Of a stretch of 64,000 bases of DNA, positions 38,122 through 49,700 are shown piece by piece. Below the pieces are notes generated by a model. That model was not told where the DNA came from. It saw only the letters and a list, made by a program, of their open reading frames with translations, and made no database searches. The DNA lies in NCBI GenBank assembly GCA_965219085.1, contig OZ244720.1:640001-704000 (forward strand), read 5' to 3'. Source of the stretch: Dehalococcoidia bacterium (GTDB taxonomy: Bacteria > Chloroflexota > Dehalococcoidia > UBA2979). Each line of letters begins with the position of its first letter. The first letter of the stretch is position 1. Both the position numbers and the translations under genes were made by a program.

Positions 38122-40055
38122 CGACAAACAGTGAGGGTGAGGTACTGCGAGAGCGCCAGTCCCGATGGCGCGAGGTCACTCTTCGCATCTACCGAAACCT
38201 CGATCTCGATGCTGTTCAGCGCGAGATCGCCTCAGGCGCACGCGTGCTCACAGGCGCCCGGTACAGTGGGATTACGACGCTCGACGACTCAGGGCAGCTG
38301 CAGGACTTCATTATTTCCGGTTTGACCCCAGACGACCGCCGGCGGTTCCTGAGTCAGCCCGGTGTTCAGGCATTCATTGATCACCTGAGCAAGATTTCGG
38401 AACCGGTGCGGGTCGAGGATCTCGGTAGCTACGTCCGCTCGGTCGGCGTGCCCGGCATTCAACTGCCCGCGAGTACCTTTCTGTCCGTACCGATCCATCA
38501 GCAGCGCAAGCCCATCGCCGGCATCCACCTCGCTCGGGAGAGGAGCGGTGACGCGTTCAGTGAGGAAGACGAAGAGAACGTGCGCCTGTTCACCGCGCAT
38601 GCTGCACAGGCCATCGCCAACGCCGCTCGCTTCGCGGCAACCAGCAAGACCCCGCAGGAGGACTTGACACGGCCCGAAGAGGTGGAGCGGCTGCGTGCAC
38701 AGCTCCTCGGCGGGGTCTACTACGACCTGAGCGTCCCGTTGACCTCGATCAAGGGATCCGTCGCCACCTTGCTGGACGGCTTCTCCGCCGACCTGGACCC
38801 TGCCGACATGCTTCCGTTTCTCCGGATTATCGACACGCACGCCAACCACATGCGCGGCCTACTCAGCAACCTGGTCGACAAGCCGGGGACGCTGCCGCTC
38901 TCTGCCGAACGGACGCAGGTGGCCAGCCTGGTGGACGAGGCCAGGACCCTGTTCCTCAGCAGAGGCGTCGGGAACAACATCCGGATCGACCTCGAGCCGG
39001 ACCTGCCCGCGGTCACGGTCGACAGGTGGCGCGTCATCCAGGTGTTGGACATCCTCCTGGTCAAAGCATCCAGGTACTCGCACGATTCGTCGGTCATCCG
39101 CGTGACCGCCGTACGAGACGCCGCTCACGTGACGTTGTCCATCACGAGCGAAGGCGAGGAGCGGGCACGTGACACTGTGCAAGACTCGGGTGGCCTGGCC
39201 TTCTGCAGAGGCGTCGTGGAGGCGCACGGCGGCCGCCTGTCGGCCGGGAGCGCGGGCCCCGGCCGCGGTGTGCAGTTCAGCGTCGTCATCCCCCTGATCG
39301 AGGCGGCCGGGGCGGGCCCCGCCGTAAGCTCCGCCCGGAGTTCTGACCCAGACCCGACGGCGCGCGAGCGAACTCGCATTCTCGTGATAGACAGCAACCC
39401 GCAGACACAGCCGTCCCTTCAGGACACGCTCACGAACGCGGGCTTCATGCCGATCATGACCGCCGAACCGGAGGAAGTTCCTGCTCTATTGAAGACGCAC
39501 GAACCGCACCTGGCATTGCTCGACGTGGTGCTACCCGCGACCGACGGAATCGACCTGATGCAGGAGATCCTCGCGATCGCCCGCATCCCGGTCATCTTCT
39601 TGTCCAGCTACCGCAGAGATCAGATTGTCGCAGAGGCCTTCGAACTGGGCGCCGCCGACTACATCCTCAAGCCCGCCTTGCCGCTCGAGTTGGTGGCGAG
39701 GATCAAGGCGGCGTTGCGCGAGCCCGTGGGGCGCGAGCAGGCCGAGCCGCCCGAACCCTATCTGCTCAAGGACCTCACCATCGACTACGCCCAACGCCGC
39801 GTGACGGTGGCTGGCCGTCCTGTGCGCCTGTCCGCCCTCGAGTACGAATTGCTCTTCGAGCTGAGCTCGCACGCCGGCCTCGTCATGACCCATGCCCAGC
39901 TGCTGAAACGCGTCTGGGCGGAGCGCAATACCCACGACCCGCGGACGGTCCGCACCGCCGTGAGGAGGCTCCGCCGCAAGCTGGGTGACGACGGCAAGAG
40001 CCGAACCTACATCTCGACCGAACCTCAAGTGGGCTACCGTATGGCGAAGCCCTAG
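38118..40055 (+). CDS. Degenerate hybrid sensor kinase/response regulator paralog: GAF, pseudo-HisKA, degenerate HATPase, REC, OmpR wHTH (~645 aa)
   Basis: GTG 38118 with AGGA 7 nt upstream. Colinear with the 22976-25456 paralog but has H-box VYYDLS, N-box ILLVKA, G1 SEGEE, and lacks the F-box and PAS. wHTH is intact (LSALEYELL...EPQVGYR). Confidence 0.85.
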   Translation: MTTNSEGEVLRERQSRWREVTLRIYRNLDLDAVQREIASGARVLTGARYSGITTLDDSGQLQDFIISGLTPDDRRRFLSQPGVQAFIDHLSKISEPVRVEDLGSYVRSVGVPGIQLPASTFLSVPIHQQRKPIAGIHLARERSGDAFSEEDEENVRLFTAHAAQAIANAARFAATSKTPQEDLTRPEEVERLRAQLLGGVYYDLSVPLTSIKGSVATLLDGFSADLDPADMLPFLRIIDTHANHMRGLLSNLVDKPGTLPLSAERTQVASLVDEARTLFLSRGVGNNIRIDLEPDLPAVTVDRWRVIQVLDILLVKASRYSHDSSVIRVTAVRDAAHVTLSITSEGEERARDTVQDSGGLAFCRGVVEAHGGRLSAGSAGPGRGVQFSVVIPLIEAAGAGPAVSSARSSDPDPTARERTRILVIDSNPQTQPSLQDTLTNAGFMPIMTAEPEEVPALLKTHEPHLALLDVVLPATDGIDLMQEILAIARIPVIFLSSYRRDQIVAEAFELGAADYILKPALPLELVARIKAALREPVGREQAEPPEPYLLKDLTIDYAQRRVTVAGRPVRLSALEYELLFELSSHAGLVMTHAQLLKRVWAERNTHDPRTVRTAVRRLRRKLGDDGKSRTYISTEPQVGYRMAKP

Positions 40056-40796
40056 CAGCCCCGCCGGCAACGCAATCGCAGCCAACGCGGGCGCGGCCGG
40101 CCTGCGGTTCCACCAGGGTCTCGAACTCGATGCGGCGCCGGGCGTGGTCACCGCGCTCGTGCAGGATGCAGCTGGACTCGGTTGCGCCCAGGCCCGCGAT
40201 GTCCTGCCGCGACAGGGCCTTGTGGAGGTCCCGTCGGGCGGAGACCGGCCCTGGCCGGCCCGCCTTTCTCCCGACCCGCGTGGGAGTCCATCCCGACTCC
40301 CTCGTCACGGTGCGCTCCGCTGGCCTCGCGCAGCGTGGTGGTGGGCTCATCGAGGCCGGGTTTGGCGCCCCGGCAACGAGGAGGCATGCAGCTGCGGTGG
40401 ATGGACTTGCGAGAGGCGTTGTCACACCTGGCGCCCGCGCTGACCGGTTCCTGCTCCCGCTCCTGATCCAGTCTGAGCGCCCGGCGGCTACGCGGCCTGT
40501 TCCCCCCGGCGTCCAGAGTTCCTCAAACCAGGCTTTCGGCGACCGCTTCGCCGTGGGGCCACTGGGCGGGCGCGGCTCGCCGGGCGCGAGCCGGGCGCTC
40601 GCAAGACCTGAGGCGGGGGCGCGAACTGGCGAGCTGAGCGGCCGCCGTCCAGAGGGCGGGGACGCCGTCCAGAAGCCGTGGCCGGACGACGATCCCGGCC
40701 CCGTCGAGGCATTGGCTGATGCGTGGTCCGGGCGCGTTCGGCTGGGCTGTACGCCCGAGAATCTGACGCAACATTGGTACGCGTCGTGGGCTTGAA

Positions 40797-40813
40797 TGTC
40801 ACACCCGTGCCAC
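40797..40813 (+). promoter_or_regulatory. Possible direct-repeat pair upstream of G8
   Basis: TGTCAC-N5-TGCCAC with 11-bp period, resembling the site at 25525-25574. Confidence 0.35.
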
Positions 40814-40864
40814 ATCGGTCGTACACCATTGTCCTCTGTCGCAACACGCAGCGGAGGCACGACG

Positions 40865-43495
40865 ATGACGCTCAGCACTAGGTTGTCCTGGTTCTCGCTC
40901 CTGTTCACGGTCCTGGCCGTGCTCGCCACGCTGGCGCTGTTGGCCGGTGGCGGCCGCCCCGCGGGGGCCCAGCAAGGCGCCGTCCCCGCCCCGCCCACCG
41001 GTCTCACGGCGACCCAGGTCACGCATGACTCGGTCTCGCTCAGCTGGGACGACCCCGGCGACTCCAGCATCACCGGCTACGAGGTGCTGCAGCGCGACCG
41101 CGACGTGCACCGCGCCGGCCTGTTCATCCCGGTCCAGGCCAACACCGGCTCGGCCGCGACGAGCTACACCGACGACCAGGTCGTGGCCGGCGCGCGCTAC
41201 ATCTACCGGATCAAGGCGATCAACGCCCACGGCGTCAGCACCTGGTCGGCGCCCGCCCGGGCCAACACCCTCGCCGTACCGGCGCCTGGCTCCACCCCGA
41301 CTCCGGCGCCGGAGCCGGCGCCTGGCTCCACCCCGACCCCGGCGCCGGAGCCGGCGCCTGAGTTGGTCGAGGACAGCTCCGTTCCCGATCAGCCCACGGG
41401 ACTGGCCAGTGAAGCGTCCCACGACTCGGTCAGCCTGACCTGGGACGATCCCGGCGACGCCGGCATCAGCCACTACCAGATCCTGAGGCGGGACCGCGAC
41501 ATCCACGCCTCAGGTGAGTTCGTCACCATCAACTCCAACACCAACTCGGCGGCGAGGAGCTACACGGACGACAGCGCGGAGCCGGAGCAGCGCTACGTGT
41601 ACCGGGTCCAGGCGGTCAACCAGCACGGGGCCAGCAAGTGGTCGAGCTTCGCCAGAGCCAACACCCCAGCGGCGCCCACCCCGGCTGCGGGACCGACGCC
41701 GACACCGACCCCGGAGCCCACTCCAGCGCCCACGCCTGAGACGGACGGCGACGCGGCGGGCGGGACGGACGCGGGCGAGCGCCGGTGCAGCGCCACCGGT
41801 CCCTGCACCGGGCTCGACGAGAGTCCCGGCGTGACCCACGTGCCGGCGCTCGAGCTGACCAACGTGAGCCACGATTCGGTGACGCTGGAGTGGACCGCGC
41901 CCGCGGGCGCGCCGCCGCTGGGCTACGTCATCGTGCGCACCGAGGACGGGGCTGCGCCCACGCTGTCGTCGATCATCGTGGGCAACACCGAGTCGCAGCA
42001 GACGAGCTACACCGACCGCGGCATCGAGCCGCGGACGCTCTACACGTACTGGGTCTCGGCGCTGCGCGACACGGGCGTCTCGGCGTTCAAGCATGCGCCC
42101 AGCGCCTCGGCAACGACGGCGGCCGCGCCGGACAGCGTGACTGAGCCCGCGCCGGCGGTAGTGCCCTATGCCGGTTCGCCGCTGGCCCCCAGCGGGCTCA
42201 GCGCCGTGCTGGTGACCGACGGCGCCGTGCCGCCCACGCTCGGGGGCGTGCAGCTCGACTGGGGCGCCCCGGCCGAGGACGCCAGGTCGGTGACCGGCTA
42301 TCAGATCCGCCGCGGCCCCGTGGGCGACCAGCACACCGTGGTGCTCGTCGACGACACCGCCACCGCGGACACCGCCTACCTCGACGCCAGCGCCACCGAT
42401 CAGAGCTACTACTTCTACGAAGTCGTCGCACTGCGCGGCGCCGAGCCCAGCGAGCCCTCCGAGACCGTGTATGTGTCGCTGCCCACGGTCATCCCCCCGC
42501 CCCCGCTCGAGACCGCCCCCGCCAGCGGACATGTCTCCTGCGGCAGCAGCGACCCCGTAATCCCAGGCTTGGAGATCGAGCACCGGCTGCGCCACGTCAG
42601 CCACATCAATGGCGGCAAGCCCTTCGTCGACGCCAGAGTCGTGCTGACCGACGTGGACGGGGCCGACACCTGGAACCTGAGCGACAACGTGCGGTTCCTG
42701 CGGATCGGTTACAACTGGGACAGCAACCGCTGGCACAGTGTCTACCCGGTGTTCTGGCACACCGTGGAGGCCGACGAGATCGGCGACTGGAAGGCACTGC
42801 GCCAGGTGCCCTACGGCGACGAGGTAGAACTGTTCGCCTACGTCGTCCGCGACTCCGACAGCACGATCGTGCCCGTCCACACGAACGGCAAGGCACTCCG
42901 CAAGTGCTTCACGGTGCGCAGAAGCGACACCGTCGGCGACCCCCAGCCGCCGCAACCAGCTGCTGGGGCGGCATTCGACGAAAGCACCGTCGTCTACTTC
43001 GCCGGCCCCACCGTGGAGGTCGACGTTTCCGGCTGGTTCACCGACCCCCAGGGGCTGTCGATGAACTACTACCTGTGCGACCAATGCGACTTCTACTCCT
43101 GGAGGAGCGCAACCTCCGACAACGGTCGAGACTACTACCTCTTCCCGACGGGGAAACCGTTGGCGTGGAGCTGGATCAGCGGCAGCACGTTGCACATTCG
43201 GCCCACGAACAATCTCTCCATGTTCGGCCGCAGCGGAGGGCTCTGGGGGCCGACGGACTACGGCAACATATACAACAAGGGCAAGGGATTCGTCACGGTC
43301 GCAGCGATCAACAGCGCCGGGGCGGTCGGCGTCCTCGACATCTGCTTCACGCTGGAGTACGACGCCGCAGAAGCCAACAGGTCAACCGTCAAGTGGGCGG
43401 TAAACAAGCGGTGGCCACAAACCGGAACCCTCACACCCTGCAGTACAACTTTCCTGAAGGTTGCGGAGGGGATAGCACTTGGTCAGCAGCCATAA
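40865..43495 (+). CDS. Secreted FN3-repeat protein G8 (876 aa) with Pro/Thr linkers and a unique C-terminal region; lacks the conserved C-module
   Basis: GGAGG RBS, ATG 40865, signal peptide ending PAGA|QQ, four FN3 domains (two of the array-conserved RRDRDVH type), then an unassigned region. Confidence 0.88.
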   Translation: MTLSTRLSWFSLLFTVLAVLATLALLAGGGRPAGAQQGAVPAPPTGLTATQVTHDSVSLSWDDPGDSSITGYEVLQRDRDVHRAGLFIPVQANTGSAATSYTDDQVVAGARYIYRIKAINAHGVSTWSAPARANTLAVPAPGSTPTPAPEPAPGSTPTPAPEPAPELVEDSSVPDQPTGLASEASHDSVSLTWDDPGDAGISHYQILRRDRDIHASGEFVTINSNTNSAARSYTDDSAEPEQRYVYRVQAVNQHGASKWSSFARANTPAAPTPAAGPTPTPTPEPTPAPTPETDGDAAGGTDAGERRCSATGPCTGLDESPGVTHVPALELTNVSHDSVTLEWTAPAGAPPLGYVIVRTEDGAAPTLSSIIVGNTESQQTSYTDRGIEPRTLYTYWVSALRDTGVSAFKHAPSASATTAAAPDSVTEPAPAVVPYAGSPLAPSGLSAVLVTDGAVPPTLGGVQLDWGAPAEDARSVTGYQIRRGPVGDQHTVVLVDDTATADTAYLDASATDQSYYFYEVVALRGAEPSEPSETVYVSLPTVIPPPPLETAPASGHVSCGSSDPVIPGLEIEHRLRHVSHINGGKPFVDARVVLTDVDGADTWNLSDNVRFLRIGYNWDSNRWHSVYPVFWHTVEADEIGDWKALRQVPYGDEVELFAYVVRDSDSTIVPVHTNGKALRKCFTVRRSDTVGDPQPPQPAAGAAFDESTVVYFAGPTVEVDVSGWFTDPQGLSMNYYLCDQCDFYSWRSATSDNGRDYYLFPTGKPLAWSWISGSTLHIRPTNNLSMFGRSGGLWGPTDYGNIYNKGKGFVTVAAINSAGAVGVLDICFTLEYDAAEANRSTVKWAVNKRWPQTGTLTPCSTTFLKVAEGIALGQQP

Positions 43496-43628
43496 GGTGG
43501 TGGTCCGTGGCGCTCGCCGTGCGGGCTCGTTGACACGCAGGTCGGTCCCAGTCGCCAACTCAACACATGACGCAGGCCGAGACTAGAACCCATGCCATCA
43601 CAAGGAGGCAAAAGCATGGGTCAAGCAC

Positions 43629-43752
43629 GTGTATCGGGTCAAGGCGATCAACGCGGCGGGCGTGGTCGCTGGACCTGGCGAACGCCCTGGCCGGTCAGGA
43701 CGGGGTGCTGAGCTCGAGCCCGAACTGGCGCAGGGAAGTGGTCGCCAGGTGA
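43629..43752 (+). pseudogene. Fusion scar: FN3 fragment joined to the 3' end of the prodomain-like gene
   Basis: GTGTATCGGGTCAAGGCGATCAACGCGGCGGGCGTG (VYRVKAINAAGV) is directly followed, in another frame, by SLDLANALAGQDGVLSSSPNWRREVVAR*, near-identical to 14218-14304. Confidence 0.75.
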
Positions 43753-46700
43753 GGTGGCCGGCGCTGCTGGCTGCCTGCGTCCTCCTTGGCGTCATGGCCG
43801 CGCCCGGCCTCGCGCGAGCGCAGAGACCGCCGCCCGTCGCCGCCCCGACCATCGACTCGGTCACCCGCGGCGACGAATCGCTGATCGTGGACTGGACGGC
43901 GCCCGCCAGCGTCGACGCGGCCGATATCAGCGCCTACGACCTGCGCTCCATCGAGAGCGACGCCCCGGACAAGGCCGCCGGCCTCTGGACCGTCGTGTTG
44001 GACGCCTGGAGCGCGGGCGACCTGCGCTACCTCCTCAGCGGCCTGACCAACGACACGCAGTACGACGTGCAGGTGCGCGCGGTCACGATGGGTCGCCTGG
44101 GCGACTGGTCGGCCACCGCCACCGGCGCGCCTGCCGACCACAGCGGCGCGACCGCCGGCGCGACCGCGCTGGCGCTGGACTCCACGGCGACCGGCGTCAT
44201 CGAGTCGGGCGACGACGAGGATTTCTTCAAGATCGTGCTGACCAGCGCCGCCGACCTGTGGCTCTACACGACCAGCAATCTCGACACCAAGGGCGCACTG
44301 TACGACTCCGGCGGCGGCCACCTCAAGACCCACAAAGGCGGCGGCGGGTGGCCCGGCCAGCTGTGGGACTTCGAGATCCGCGCCGAGCTGGAGGCGGGAA
44401 CCTACTATGTCAGCGTCGGCGTTAACCACTCGAAGGTCACCGGGCCGTACACGCTGCATGCGCGAACGGCGACCGCCCCCGGCGGCTCCCTCGCCGACGC
44501 GACGGCCATCACCCTCGGGGCCCCGGCGCCGGGGCGGATCGACGCGGCGGACGACCGCGACGTCTTCAAGATCGTGCTGACCAGCGCCGCCGATCTGTGG
44601 ATCGTCTCCAGCGGCAGTATGGATCTCGTCGGGCAGCTGCTCGATGCCGACGGGGTTGTCATCGCCGAAAATGACGACAGCTCCCTCGCGTACAGCCGCT
44701 ACAACTTCGGGATCTGGCGCGAGGTGGAGGCGGGAACCTATTACATCAGGGTGCGCGCGCTCCTTTATGGATGGGGGATAGAAACGTACACGCTCCACGC
44801 CCGAACGGTCACGCCACCGGGTGGGTCGATCGCCGGCGCCGTGGACATCGACCTGCTGCAAACTGCGGCGCGGCTGAACGCGGCGACCGACGAGCACTAC
44901 TTCGCCCTCACGATCGCCGCCACCGAATACATTTACATGCATGCCAGGGTCAGCCATACCTTATTCCGTCCCAACGACCCCGCGTCGCTGGCTGCGGAGG
45001 TCTTCGACCAGGCTGGCAACCCGGTGGACATCTATTGGATCCCCCACAGCGCCTTCATCGAGGATGGCCGTTCGTTTTTCAGCTTTGCGATCTTCGGCAA
45101 GCTCAGCGCCGGCACGAACTACCTCAAAATCTCGTCTCCCTCCGGCAAGCCCGGACCGTACCTACTCACGATCCTTGACGATACCGCGTACACCAGCTTC
45201 ATCAATGAATGCACCGCCAAGGAGACCCCCGTCAGCGACCCCCTGTACGGATGTCAGTGGCACCTGCGCAACAGCGGTCAGTACCCCGGAGGGGCAGGAC
45301 AGGACATCAACGTCGAAGACGTCTGGAAGACCAACATGGGAGCCGGCGTGAACGTCACCGTGGTCGACGACGGGATGCACTTCGAGCACGAAGACCTGAC
45401 GGACAACGCCGACCCATCCCGCAACCGGAACTACTCCACTCGCGCCAGCATATTCAACCCCTTCGAGACCCACGGGACGCGCGTGGCCGGCCTGATCGCG
45501 GCGCGGGACAACAATATCGGCATGCGCGGCGTCGCGCCCCAAGCCACGATCTACGGCTACAACCTGTTGGCGGACTCTACGGCTGCGAATGCGGCGGACG
45601 CCATGTTCAGGATCGGCGAGGGGTCCACGACGGGCGACGAGGACACCGCCGTGTCCAACAACAGCTGGGGACCATCACACCTCTTCGGCCCGGCCCCCGC
45701 GTCCGCCGCCTGGGAGCTGGCCGTCCAGAACGGGGTGACGAGCGGCAACCACGGCAAGGGAGTCTTCTACGTTTTCTCCGCCGGCAATGGAGGGACCTTC
45801 ACCAGCGCCAACCTCAACGGATACGCGAACTACTACGCCGTCACCGCCGTCTGTGCCGTCAACTACGACGATCTAAGAAGCAGCTACTCGGAATTGGGCG
45901 CGAACCTGTGGGTATGCGCTCCATCCAATGAGGTCGTCGCAGATCTGCCCGCGATCGCGACGACCGATAACGGCGACCAATATACGCCCAACTTCGGCGG
46001 CACGTCCGCGGCCGCTCCGATCGTCTCCGGCGTGGCCGCGCTGCTGCGCAGCGCAGACGACAGTCTGACCTGGCGCGACCTGAAGCTCATCCTCGCGGCG
46101 TCCGCGCGCAAGAACAATCCGCGGAACACCGGCTGGGCGCAGGGCGCGCTGGAATACGGATCCGACAGCGAGCGCTACTTCTTCAACCACAAGTACGGCT
46201 TTGGCATGGTGGACGCCGGGGCCGCCGTCGCTCTGGCCGGCGACTGGACCAAGGTGCCGGCGCTGCGCGAGATCAGCGCGGAATCGGCCGACAAGAACTT
46301 GGAGATTCCCGACCGTCCCTCCGGTGGCGCCCCGATCACGGTCCGCAGCCGCGTGACCGTCGACAACCATGTGGGATTCGTCGAGTTCGTCGAGATCAAC
46401 GTCACGTTCGACCACGCGTCCTTCAATGATCTCGAGGTGCAGCTGGTATCCCCCTCCGGCGCCAGATCCAGGCTCACCTATGCCAACGGCCACTCTCGCG
46501 TGCCCGTGGAGCAGACCATCCGCTTCGGCTCGGCCCGGCACCTCGGTGAGAACGCCGCCGGCACGTGGACGCTTCACATCACCGACCACAGGCCCACGCG
46601 GACGGGAACGCTCGATGGGTGGAGTCTGACCGTCTACGGACATGGATTCTCGCCCGGTCGCCCCGACATCGGCATGGTGGTTCCCGGCATCCGCGCGCTC

Positions 46701-49700
46701 ACGGTTGACTGGACCGCCCCCGCCGACACCGGCGGCTCGGCCGTCACCGCCTACGACCTGCGCTATATCGAGAGCGCCGCCGCCGAAAGGTCAGGCGACA
46801 ACTGGAGCGTGGCGGAAAGCATCGGGACCGTCGGCAACCTGCAATACACCGTCACTGGTGTCACCGGAGGTGTCGGGTACGACCTGCAGCTGCGGGCGGT
46901 CAACGAGGACGGCCCCGGCCCCTGGTCCGCCGCGACCACGGGAGTGCCCATGATGAACGCGCGGCCCTGGTTCCCGGGGGGGGCGAACATATTTCGGTCC
47001 GTGGCCAAGAACTCTCGCGGGGGGGCACCCGTCGGCGCGCCGGTCACGGCCAGCGACCCCGAGGGCGACACCTTGATCTACACGGTCTCGGGCTTCCACG
47101 CGGACCTGTTCGCTATCGAGAGCCGGAGCGGGCAGATCCGGGTTGCGCCGGACACGACGGTAGGCAACGAGCCAGGGACGGTATACATCGTTGAGGCGAC
47201 TGCCGCCGACCCCTTTGGCCTCGGGGACCCCACCTTAGTCATCATCGCCGTCACCGACGAGAACGAGGCGCCGGTCGTGAGTGGTCTCGCCCGCGTGGAC
47301 TACGCCGAGCAGGGCACGGCCGACGTGGCGATCTACAGCGCGGAGGATCCAGAGCACGCCACGATCGCCTGGTCGTTGGAGGGGACGGACAGCGATCAGT
47401 TCCGCATTAGCGACAACGGCGTGCTGGGCTTCGTCGCGCCGCCCGACTTCGAGTCGCCGGCGGACGCGGGCGGGAACAACGAGTACCTGGTGCGAGTGCG
47501 GGTCTCCGACGGCCAGCAGAGCGACGCCCTGGATGTGACGGTGACCGTCACCAACGAAGAGGAGGCGGGGACGCTCACGCTGTCCTCGCAGCAGCCGCTG
47601 GTGGGCACCTTGCTGACCGCCACGCTCGACGACCCCGACGGCGACATCACGAGCCTGTCGTGGACATGGGAGCGCTCGCAGAACCGGAGCAACTGGAGCG
47701 AGATCGACGGCGCCACGACCGAGAGCTACACGCCCGCCGACGCCGACCTGGACCACTACCTGCGGGTGACGGCCTCGTATGACGACGGCGAGGGCGCCGG
47801 CAAGAGCGCGCAGGAGACCTCGGACGAGCCGACGCAGGCCGCGCCGGTGATGAACGAGCCCCCCGCGTTCGTCGCCCAGACCACGCCCCGCTCGATCGAG
47901 GAGAACTCGGCCGAAGGCACGCCCGTCGGCGACCCGGTCACGGCCACGGACCCCGACGCCGACACGCTGGCCTACACGCTCTCGGGCATCGATGCGGCCC
48001 TCTTCACCATCGAGGGCGGCAGCGGTCAGATTCGGGTCGGGCAGGGCGCCGTGCTGGACTACGAAGACTCCAACTCCTACTCCGTGACCGTCACCGCCGC
48101 CGACCCATCCACGGCCAGCGACAGCATCGCTGTCGACATCACCGTCAGGAACGTGAACGAGGCGCCGGAGGCGACCGGCGACACGGTCACGACCGACGAG
48201 GACACGCCGGTGACGATCGATGTCCTCATCAACGACAGCGACCCCGAGGGTGACGCCCTGACCGTCTCGGTGAGCACGCAGCCTGCCAACGGCGTCGCCG
48301 AGGTCGATGCCGCCAGCAACGAGATCACGTACACGCCCAAGGCCGACTACCACGGCGCGGACAGCTTCAGCTACGCCGTCTCCGACGGGAGCCTCTCCGC
48401 CGAGGCCACCGTCGCGGTGACCATCGACCCGCTCAACGACGCCCCCGAGTTCGCGGGGGCCACGGCCGGGCGCTCGGTCTCCGAGAGCGCGCAGGAAGGG
48501 GACGACGTCGGCGCGCCGGTCACCGCCAGCGACGTGGACGGCGACGAGCTCACCTACCGGCTGACCGGCGCCGCTGCCTCGGACTTCGAGATCGAGGAGC
48601 ACACTGCCCAGGTCACCGTGCGCGACGGGGTCGTGCTGGACGCCGCGAACCGGCCCGCCTACGCGGGCACGGTGATCGCAGAGGACGGGAACGGCGGGAC
48701 GGCGAGCATCGAGGTCACCATCACCGTGTCCAGCGCCGGCCCCACCGGCCCCGGCCCCGGCGGCGGGGGCGGCGGAGGCGGTGGTGGTGGTGGTGGCCCG
48801 TCGGGGCCCTCGCCGAGCGAGCTGGACTTCGAGTGGAACGTGAAGCGCGACCTCGAAGCGCTGGACGGCGGCCACGACACGCCGACCGGCGCCTGGTCGG
48901 ACGGCACAACCCTCTGGGTACTCGAGAACGGAGACGGCGCCGGCGACGCCATCTACGCCTACGACCTGAACACGGGCGAACGCCTGGAGGAGCGCGAGTT
49001 CGAACTCGACGAGCGCAACCGCGCACCGCGCGGCGTCTGGTCCGGCGGCACGGTCATCTGGGTCTCCGACAGCGGCCAGGACCGCCTGTTCGGCCATGAC
49101 CTCGAGACGGGCGAGCGCCTGCCGGAGCGCGACCTCGAGTTCGACGAGGACAACGGCGCCGCCCGCGGCATCTGGTCGGATGGCGAGAGGATGTGGGTGC
49201 TGGACCGGGACGAGGACAGCGTCTTCGTCTACGACCTCGGGAGCGGCGAGCTGGTGGCCGAGTACGCCCTCGACGACGCCAACGGGAGTCCCCACGGGAT
49301 CTGGTCGGACGGGGTGACGATCTGGGTCTCGGACCACGGCGCGAAGCGGCTCTTCGCCTACCGCCTCGAGGATGGGGCGCTCGTACGCAACAGCGAGGAG
49401 GAGTTCACGGAGCTGAGCAAGGCCTCCAACAACAGCCCGCGCGGCATCTGGTCGGACGGCGAGGTGATCTACGTGGCCGACGAGAGCGACGACAAGGTCT
49501 ACAGCTACAACATGCCCGACGCGATCGACGCGCGCCTCGCCTCACTGTCGCTGAGCGGCATCGAGATCGGGGAGTTCTCGGGGGACCGCACGGAGTACGA
49601 CGGCGTCGCCGCCGAGGGCGTGACGGAGACGACGGTCGAGGCGGAGGCGCTGCAGCGCCGCACGACCGTCCTCATCGAGCCGGCCGACGCCGGCGGCGAC

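Noticed and set aside
43530-43560. TTGACA as a -35 for G9
   Set aside because: No plausible -10 at 16-18 bp spacing.
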